Source: a virus. From it: a stretch of DNA of 64,000 nt. Where the stretch lies: the IMG/VR virus record IMGVR_UViG_3300010165_000001, positions 76,165-140,164 of that record. The stretch is one strand, 5' to 3'. The notes under the pieces are model-generated. The model searched no databases and was not told the DNA's origin. It saw only the letters and a list, made by a program, of their open reading frames with translations. Of the stretch, positions 57,245-64,000 are shown in pieces (position 1 is the stretch's first letter; the number at the start of each line of letters is the position of its first letter). Made by a program: the position numbers and the translations under genes.

Positions 57245-60200
57245 ATGAAAATGGATGGAAAACAATTAAAAGACTTACTCATATCCACATATGGAACTAC
57301 AAATGTTACCCAAGAACAATTAGATTATGTATTAACAATGTCTAGTACTACTGCTTATATGTTGAAACACAATTTAATACGTGGTCATAATATTACTTTT
57401 TCTATACCAAATAGAGATAAAAGTAAAGCTCAAGCTCATAGACCATAAATTTGCTGTGGTCTTTAAACTCTTCTTAAAATTGGAAACTCCTAACGTAAAG
57501 ACGAGGACAATCAATTGCTAAATTGACTTAATAAGTCATAAATGCCTAGAGACTAAAATTACTGGTAAGCTCATAAATGGTTGAGTGTAGAACAGTATAA
57601 GAAAGCTCTTTTTAAGAGAAGTAACAGAAGAGGGTTACTTACCTAAGAAAGTAACTATGAGATAGTCCAAACCCTTTAAATACTAGGAAACTAGGGGTAT
57701 AAAACGGGCAGATTGCCATAATAAATGATAAACACCCTAACATAGCAGTACTTAAATCGAGACAACTTGGATAAAAATTTGTTCAAGTAAAACCTTGTTA
57801 AACAGGGAAACTCCTAACAAGTAAAGTTGAGGACAATCCTGTGCTAAATTCAGTTACTAACTGATAAATGCCGAACGACTAAAATTACTGGTAAGCTCAT
57901 AAATGGTTGAGTGTAGAACAGTATAAAAGATTAATTTCGTAAAGCAAGGGGTTGTATAAACCGTAATTAAAATTATCTTTATACAATCAAGATATAGTCT
58001 AGTCCGTATATAAATATCACGAAAGTGACGGTATAAACGTAAGTGAAGTTGGATACAATAAGATGTTGCATTTTGCAGATACGCATAGTAAAGATTCGGT
58101 CAAGTGTATGTTCACCTTCAAGTAATTAGGGGAGGCTTTATACAGTAATGTATATCGAATAACTCTACTAAAATTGGAAACTCCTAACATGTAATGATGA
58201 GGACAATCAATTGCTAAATTCAGTTTAAACTGATAAATGCCTAACGACTAATCTTCTAGGTAAATATTCAAAAGGGAATATTGAGAACTAGATAAAAGGA
58301 TATTTAATCCGTAACGTAGAGAGTCCTTAACCAAAAATAAGGATTATGATATAGTCTACTCCGACTTTTAATTAAGTGTTAAAATACTAGGAAACTAGCG
58401 GTATACCCTAGACCCGACCAGTGACCAAATGCAGAAATTCGTACAAAGTAGGATAAATCCTACATTGCAACAACCTTATTTTGCAAGCATCATTAACCAA
58501 GATAATGACTCATTAAAATATAAACAAATAAGAAATTCAAGTATGTTCTTTAGAACAAGTTCTACACCTAAAGCTTTAGAGGGTGTTGATATTGATTACC
58601 TTTCCCTAATGTCTGGGGCTTTATACAGTAATGTATATCGAACAACCTTACTAAAATTGGAAACTCTAAACAGGTAAAGCTGTAGACAATCAATTGCTAA
58701 ATTGACTTAATAAGTCATAAATGCCTAACGACTAAGTTTACTAATAGTTATCTAAATGGAGATAATGAGAATAGTATAAGAAAACCTTTAATAGGAAGTA
58801 ACGTAAGGAATCCTTAACCAAAACTAAGGATTATAAGATAGTCTAATCCCTTTAAATACTAGGAAACTAGGGGTAAAAAACTTTAGAGACGAGTATGATA
58901 GAGTACCTTCATCATCAGAATCATCAGCAATGGAATCAATGTCAAGTTCACCTTTCAAGGTTATAAGACGGTGGTCAACACCAACCACACCAAATATGGG
59001 AATTCATAAACTCTATATGCAATCTGACCAATGGTATTATGGTCATAGATGTACACATTGTGATTACTTAAATGAAATGAGTTATGAAGACTATGACCCA
59101 GATAACTTAGAGAAGAGTGGAAATATCCTATTAGTCAATCCTGAAGGTGTTGACGAAATGGCTAAAACAGTGCAAGAAGGAAGTTACCAATTTGTTTGTC
59201 AAAAATGTGGTAAACTTCTAGATAGATGGTATAACGGAGAATGGCATAGTAAGTTTAGTGAAAGAACTAAAGGTGGAAAAGGAACAAGAGGTTATTTTAT
59301 TTCGCAGCTTAATGCTGTGTGGATAAGTGCTTCAGAACTCAAAGAAAAAGAAATGAACACTGAATCAACGCAATTATTTTATAACTATACATTGGGTTAG
59401 AGGAATAGCCCCTTTATACAGTAATGTATATCGAATAACTCTACTAAAATTGGGAACCCCTAACAGATAATGCTGAGGGCAATCAATTGCTAAATATTTA
59501 TTTTAACTATTGACATTACCTAAATAATGATATATAATTAAGATAGATTAAATGCCTAACGACTAAGTTTATAGGTAACTTACTAAATGAAGTAAGGTAG
59601 AACTATAAGAGAAGGTTAACGACCTGTAAAGTAGAGATTCCTTAGTCAAAATTAAGGAATATGATATAGTCTAGTCCGTATATAAATATCACGAAAGTGA
59701 CGGTAGTAACGTTTCCATACGAAGACCAGAAAATGAAAGTATTACAAGAAGATATTTACAACAATCAATCTCCTATTGCTAAGAAACAAATGTTTGATAG
59801 GGGAGATTATAAATTTATCGCAGCATCAGTGGATTGGGGTAATACTCACTGGTGTACTGTACATGGAATGACTGAAGATGGTAAGATAGACCTCATTAGA
59901 TTATTTAATGTTAAACGAAATAAAAACCCTAACATGGTTGAATCGGATATAGAAAAAATACGTGTAGAATTTTCTAAATATAACCCAGATATTATTGTAG
60001 CAGATACAGGAGACTCAGGAAACAACTTACTAAGACTCCAACAATACTTCGGTGAAGATATTGTGTTTGGTTGTACTTACAAATCATCTCCTAAATCTAC
60101 TGGACAAATTAAACCTGTGTTTAACGAGAATTCAAATATTGTTACTGTAGATAAATTGATGCAGAACAAAATTTATATCCAAGATTTAAAAACAGGTAGA

Positions 60201-61806
60201 ATAAGAATTTACCAAGAAAATGATAATGATAAAGCTATACTTCTTAAACATTGGCAAAATGTGGTCATCAGAGATGAAGAAGATAGCAAGACAGAAGAAA
60301 TGTATCAAGTAATCAAGAGAAAAGGTGACGATTTTTTAACACAATGGTCGTCAATAAACAGTGTTAAACGGGCGTAGTAAAATAATGTATAGATAAACAA
60401 TATACTGGTAAGAAACCCTAAACCTGACTATACACAGACAGTGGGAACCTACCGTGCTAAATTTTTAATTTAATTATTGACATTATATTTTTTTAATGTT
60501 ATTATTAAATTAGGATAAAAGCCTAACGACTAAATTTCTAGGTAGGTGTCTAAATGGAGACACTGAGAACTAGATAAAAGACTAAAACAATACAACCCAA
60601 AACAGGAGGTGAACAATAACAAATGACAGCTTTTAATACGGAATGGTTTTTAAATAGAATAAAAGAGGTAAGACCTAACGATTATCATGAATATGAGTTT
60701 TTAACTCCATACACTAAGTCAAGGGAGCCTATGAAAGCTAAACATATACCTTGTGGAAATATTGTAGATATGATACCTAACTCTTTTATAAGTAGAAACT
60801 CATCGTGCCCTATATGCAGTAGAAAATCTTCAACTGAAAAACAAAGAAAGACTCAAAAAGATTTTGAAGCATGGCTTCCTGAAGGTGTTATAAATATGGA
60901 AAAATATAAAGGTATGAATAAAGAAATAACATTTCATTGTTTCTTTTGTGATAGCACCTATAAAGTAAAACCAAGTAACTTAAGGGGTAGCGGTGGAGAA
61001 GGTACTAGATGTTCTAGATGTTCCAATAGATATAATAGAACTATAAAAGAGGTTGAAGATGAAATAAGAATAGAAACTAATGGTAAATACTCTCTAGTAT
61101 CTAAAAAGTATAAAAATGCTAACACTCCTATAGAAGTAAAACACCACGAATGTGGTAAAACTTATATGGTTTCTATGCACAACTTTAGAAAAGGTAGAAG
61201 ATGCCCTCATTGTAATTTGTCTATAGGTGAACAACTTGTAATAAATATATTACAAAAGAACGAAATACCTTATGAAGGTCAGAAAACATTTAAAGACTTA
61301 AGAAAAATAAATAACCTATCTTATGATTTCTATTTACCTGAATATAATGTTCTTATTGAGTATCAAGGAGAACAACACTTTAAACCCATTAAACATTTCG
61401 GAGGTCAAAAATCTTTTGAAGTACAAAAGGAAATAGATAATATAAAAAGGAATTATGCTTATGATAATGGATATAATCTTATAGAAATTCCATACACTTT
61501 AAGAGACCAAGAAGATATTTCCAAATTTTTATTTAAGGAATTAAAAGAAGTGTTTTAGTCGTAACACACTGAATTACTAACCAAAAATAGTAATTATGAT
61601 ATAGTCTAAACCCACTACTCTAAAAGTAGTGTTAAAGTATTACGAAAGTAAGGGTAATATTGCATTATAGTCAAGCAAGTATATATGCGAGAATTGGTCT
61701 ATCACGTCTAGAAGACTTGTACATTAAAAATAATGAAAATGAATTTGATTCTGTATTTATTAATACAAGTTATGAAGACAATAACGAATTCTTTTTAGAT
61801 GATTAA
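57245..61806 (+). CDS. terL: terminase large subunit, seven exons: 57245-57446, 57707-57772, 58040-58117, 58412-58607, 58887-59397, 59712-60332, 61663-61806
   Basis: The exons sum to 1818 nt, giving 605 aa in one frame. Splicing restores LKSRQLG/LSEVG (Walker A-like), IDYLSL/DEYD (Walker B) and RKGDD/HYSQASIYA (nuclease motif). Every 5' exon ends in U and every intron ends in G. Confidence 0.85.
57447..57706 (+). ncRNA. terL group I intron 1 (260 nt, no ORF)
   Basis: P1 pairing: exon AGACCAU with intron GUGGUCU (7 bp, U.G at the splice site). Core GGAAACUCCUAAC, GAGGACAAUCAAUUGCUAAAUU, AAAUGCCUAGAGACUAA. 3' hairpin CUAGGAAACUAG, then GGGUAUAAAACG. Confidence 0.8.
57773..58039 (+). ncRNA. terL group I intron 2 (267 nt, no ORF), splits the Walker A codons
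   Basis: P1 pairing: exon CUUGGAU with intron GUUCAAG (7 bp). Core GGGAAACUCCUAAC, AAAUGCCGAACGACUAA, GAUAUAGUCUAGUCC. Ends ...GACGGUAUAAACG. Confidence 0.8.
58118..58411 (+). ncRNA. terL group I intron 3 (294 nt, no ORF)
   Basis: P1 pairing: exon CCU with intron GGG. P2 module CUUUAUACAGUAAUGUAUAUCGAA is identical to the start of the Twort orf142-I2 ribozyme as I recall it. Core AAAUGCCUAACGACUAA, AUGAUAUAGUCUAC. Ends ...CCCUAG. Confidence 0.75.
58608..58886 (+). ncRNA. terL group I intron 4 (279 nt, no ORF), splits the Walker B codons
   Basis: P1 pairing: exon CCCU with intron GGGG. Same P2 module and the same core strings. Ends ...AACUUUAG. Confidence 0.75.
59398..59711 (+). ncRNA. terL group I intron 5 (314 nt, no ORF but with an internal consensus promoter)
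   Basis: P1 pairing: exon GGGU with intron (A)GCCC. Same P2 module. Its 3' 43 nt are identical to intron 2. Ends ...GACGGUAGUAACG. Confidence 0.75.
59510..59538 (+). promoter_or_regulatory. orphan consensus promoter inside ORF-less intron 5
   Basis: TTGACA (59510-59515), 17 nt, TATAAT (59533-59538), in the same ctATTGACATTa context as the endonuclease gene promoters. The intron core (AAAUGCCUAACGACUA) resumes a few nucleotides downstream. Confidence 0.6.
60477..60505 (+). promoter_or_regulatory. promoter of the intron 6 endonuclease gene
   Basis: TTGACA (60477-60482), 17 nt, TATTAT (60500-60505). AGGAGGTGA precedes the ATG at 60623. Confidence 0.65.
60623..61558 (+). CDS. intron-encoded homing endonuclease-like protein: three zinc-finger modules plus a Vsr/PD-(D/E)XK-like nuclease domain (311 aa)
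   Basis: C..(x)..CPIC, CFFC...CSRC and ECG...CPHC fingers, followed by YDFYLPEYNVLIEYQGEQH, paralogous to 53516-54763 and 48664-49017. Confidence 0.7.
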   Translation: MTAFNTEWFLNRIKEVRPNDYHEYEFLTPYTKSREPMKAKHIPCGNIVDMIPNSFISRNSSCPICSRKSSTEKQRKTQKDFEAWLPEGVINMEKYKGMNKEITFHCFFCDSTYKVKPSNLRGSGGEGTRCSRCSNRYNRTIKEVEDEIRIETNGKYSLVSKKYKNANTPIEVKHHECGKTYMVSMHNFRKGRRCPHCNLSIGEQLVINILQKNEIPYEGQKTFKDLRKINNLSYDFYLPEYNVLIEYQGEQHFKPIKHFGGQKSFEVQKEIDNIKRNYAYDNGYNLIEIPYTLRDQEDISKFLFKELKEVF

Positions 61807-61810
61807 AACT

Positions 61811-61840
61811 AAACCGTAAGTTTAAGGCTTACGGTTTTTA
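61811..61840 (+). terminator. rho-independent terminator after terL
   Basis: AAACCGTAAG/CTTACGGTTT 10-bp stem running into a T-run, 5 nt after the reconstructed TAA at 61804-61806. Confidence 0.8.
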
Positions 61841-62015
61841 TAAAGGAAAAATTTAGGTGGCGGTTGACATTGATATTATTTGGGTGTATAATAGGTTTTG
61901 TACTAATATTTTTAGTTACTCTATTTAAAAACCTATTACAATTAAAAAGAAAAGGGAAAATAGAATATAAACTAAGAGATATACAAAGAAAACTAAAATA
62001 AGGAGATTTATTATT

Positions 62016-62513
62016 ATGGAGAAAGTTTTAAACAATAACACATTAGAATCATTAATTAAGGGCTCAGACAATAAGGAAAAGGCTGTTGAAGAGTTTGTAA
62101 CAAACTTATCTGAGGTAGCTTATAATCTTTATTCTGAATATAAAGTATTATGGCAAGCACCTCAATCAGAAGAGCAAAAATACTATAGTCATCAATTACT
62201 TTTCCAAAGTCATCAAAATGACCCTCTAACTACAAAAGAACACAATAAAATGTTTAAGTTAGCTTTTGATAATAACTTAAATATTTATGAGATTAACGTT
62301 AAGTTCCGAGAAGAGGTTGAAAAAGGAAATGTACTACCTTTAGGTTCAAATATTAAAATCACAGATACAGCAGTAGGTAATATTTTATCTGGTAATGAAT
62401 ATAATTTTACAATTTCATTTATGGACAAAACATTATTTGAAGAAAAAGAACAAAAAGAAAAAGAGGCAGAAGAGAAAATAAAACAAAAATTAGAGGAGAG
62501 AAATAATGGGTAA
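62016..62513 (+). CDS. hypothetical protein (165 aa)
   Basis: AAGGAG RBS 8 nt upstream of the ATG; ORF track. Confidence 0.6.
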   Translation: MEKVLNNNTLESLIKGSDNKEKAVEEFVTNLSEVAYNLYSEYKVLWQAPQSEEQKYYSHQLLFQSHQNDPLTTKEHNKMFKLAFDNNLNIYEINVKFREEVEKGNVLPLGSNIKITDTAVGNILSGNEYNFTISFMDKTLFEEKEQKEKEAEEKIKQKLEERNNG

Positions 62514-62856
62514 TCGTTTTTATGATTCATTGAAAAAGAAACTTGAGAAGATTAACTTTGAAGATACACACTATGAATTTAACGAAATCGCTATCCCTAT
62601 CCCTAATATGTTAATTGATGACTCAGACCCTCTTGTAGACATTGTGGAAGATGAAAAATCAAGAAAAGAAGCTAAAAGTTTTATTAAATTAGCAGGTGTA
62701 ATCAATAGAAAAGAAGAAACAGGTATAAATGTAAGCCTAGAGCATACAACAGAAAAAACTTCAAAAGGAAATATAACGATTATAAATGTTATATTTAAAG
62801 TGAGTAAAAGTTTTGATTTTAAGGAGTTTAAAGATATTATGGGGAATACTAAATAA
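62506..62856 (+). CDS. hypothetical protein (116 aa)
   Basis: Start overlaps the previous stop region (AATAATGGGTAA); ORF track. Confidence 0.55.
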   Translation: MGNRFYDSLKKKLEKINFEDTHYEFNEIAIPIPNMLIDDSDPLVDIVEDEKSRKEAKSFIKLAGVINRKEETGINVSLEHTTEKTSKGNITIINVIFKVSKSFDFKEFKDIMGNTK

Positions 62857-62871
62857 AGAAAGGGTTTCCCA

Positions 62872-64000
62872 ATGAAAAATAAAGAGAGTGGTAAAAGTTT
62901 AATCTTAAATATTTTTATATTCTTTATCATCTTAATTATGATTGGTTTCATTATCTTCTATCAACAAGTTAGAGAGTATCAAAAAGAGATACAAGAAAAA
63001 GAAAGAACAATAGAAATTTATAAAGAAGAAGATAAGAAAGATGATAAAATTTCTGAGAATTATGCTAAGAAATTAAGTCAAGCGAAAGAAGAAATCAAAA
63101 AGGTTAAGAAGGAAACAAATTATAAAGGTTTTAATGAATTAAGTACCAAAGAACAGAATAAGCAATTAGATAAATATAATGAAGGTTCCTCTAAGTATGA
63201 TGACTTAGTTCTAATTAGTAAAGATATTAAAGAGAATAGTAAGATTGATAAACCTAGAATTGTGCAAGGGGATGACGGAATAGGGAAAGTAGAAGTTCCT
63301 AAAGGTATGTTAGATAAGATAGATAAGGAAAAAGTTATAGAAGGAATACAAGGAGATAGTAAAGATTTAAATAGTTCTGAACAGGATATTGTAGAAAGTG
63401 TTAATAATACACCTACAACACCTACAGAACCAACTCAAAGTAACCCTGTAGGAAATCAAGTACAAAATGAACCAATTGTTCCACCACAAGGTAATAATCA
63501 AGGAGAAGCACCTCCTGTTACATCTGTAGAGCAACCACAAGTTCCTCAAGCACAACCAGAAGTACAACAACCTATAACACCCGAAGTTCCACAAATACAA
63601 CCAGAAGTACAACCAGAAGTACAACCAGAAGTACAACCAGAAGTACAACCAACTATTCCTAACACACCAATAGAACCTCAAGACCCTATAGAAGAACCTA
63701 CGATACCTCAAGATAATACAGATAATCAAACAGTTCCAGAGTCTTTTGTTCCTATAGAACCTCAACAACCTATTGAAGATGACAATAATGTACCATATAG
63801 AAAACCTGATGTAACTTTAGAATCTTCTAATAAAGGACAAGAACAACCAATGGTACCTTTAGAACCTGCAATACCTAATGAAGTTATTCCAATGGTACCT
63901 TTAGAACCTGCAATTAAAGAACAACCTCAAGAACAACCTCAAGAACAATATCAAGAGCAACAAACAGAACAATATCAAGAGCAACCTCAAGAACAACAAA
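62872..64000 (+). CDS. membrane-anchored Pro/Gln/Glu-rich repeat protein, partial (open to the end of the window)
   Basis: Hand translation from the ATG at 62872 stays open to 64000. N-terminal TM SLILNIFIFFIILIMIGFIIFY, then a Lys/Glu-rich segment, then P-E-V-Q and QEQP-type repeats. It is absent from the ORF track because no stop lies in the window. Confidence 0.7.
   Translation, partial: MKNKESGKSLILNIFIFFIILIMIGFIIFYQQVREYQKEIQEKERTIEIYKEEDKKDDKISENYAKKLSQAKEEIKKVKKETNYKGFNELSTKEQNKQLDKYNEGSSKYDDLVLISKDIKENSKIDKPRIVQGDDGIGKVEVPKGMLDKIDKEKVIEGIQGDSKDLNSSEQDIVESVNNTPTTPTEPTQSNPVGNQVQNEPIVPPQGNNQGEAPPVTSVEQPQVPQAQPEVQQPITPEVPQIQPEVQPEVQPEVQPEVQPTIPNTPIEPQDPIEEPTIPQDNTDNQTVPESFVPIEPQQPIEDDNNVPYRKPDVTLESSNKGQEQPMVPLEPAIPNEVIPMVPLEPAIKEQPQEQPQEQYQEQQTEQYQEQPQEQQ
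63601..63648 (+). repeat. four perfect tandem copies of ccagaagtacaa (PEVQ) inside the partial CDS
   Basis: 12-nt unit repeated four times with degenerate copies upstream (63555, 63581). The antisense track ORF 63367-63768 is an artefact of this repeat. Confidence 0.85.

Larger units (their letters stand above)
60333..61662 (+). mobile_element. terL group I intron 6 (1330 nt) carrying an intact homing endonuclease gene
   Basis: P1 pairing: exon GACGAU with intron GUCGUC (6 bp). Core AAAAGCCUAACGACUAA. After the ORF: AUGAUAUAGUCUAAACC ... GGGUAAUAUUG. Confidence 0.8.

Noticed and set aside
58429-60377. Track ORFs 58429-58677, 58930-59400 and 59697-60377 as three independent genes
   Set aside because: Their apparent starts lack RBSs. 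Their ends run into conserved intron strings (for example ...GALYSNVY is read-through of the P2 module). They join in frame with the neighbouring pieces into one TerL, so they are treated as exons.
63367-63768. Track ORF (133 aa, minus strand) rich in WLYF/CRC repeats
   Set aside because: It is the antisense reading of the PEVQ/Pro-Gln repeat region of the plus-strand CDS and a repeat artefact.

Overview
AT-rich (about 30% GC by eye) segment of a virulent Twort-like staphylococcal myovirus (Herelleviridae/Twortvirinae type). This call rests on a tail sheath, 142-aa tail tube, tape measure, CHAP tail lysin, baseplate and two receptor-binding paralogues in phage K/Twort order, followed by SF2 helicase, Rep, DnaB-like helicase and an Mre11/SbcD-like nuclease, all on the minus strand (1-45163). 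Then come an IsaA/SceD-like secreted transglycosylase, a holin-endolysin cassette (minus), about 3 kb of largely ORF-free DNA, and a plus-strand block with the large terminase. The main feature is a high density of self-splicing elements. By hand reconstruction there are nine group I introns of the Twort orf142 type: six in terL, two in the tail tube gene and one in the endolysin gene. There are also three paralogous zinc-finger plus Vsr/PD-(D/E)XK-like homing endonuclease genes: one intact in an intron, one decaying in an intron, and one free-standing between 25-bp direct repeats. Each endonuclease gene sits behind a consensus TTGACA-17-TATAAT-type promoter, and a fourth such promoter lies orphaned in an ORF-less intron. 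Other points of interest are a PghP-like poly-gamma-glutamate hydrolase plus S8 subtilase pair inside the baseplate operon, two ORF-free hairpin-dense blocks (50640-51860, 52860-53340) that may be structured RNAs, and the absence of a portal gene upstream of the prohead protease. All splice junctions and motif coordinates were derived by eye, with no searches or folding run, so they are models to test. Product names come from recognisable motifs and remembered synteny with phage K/Twort.
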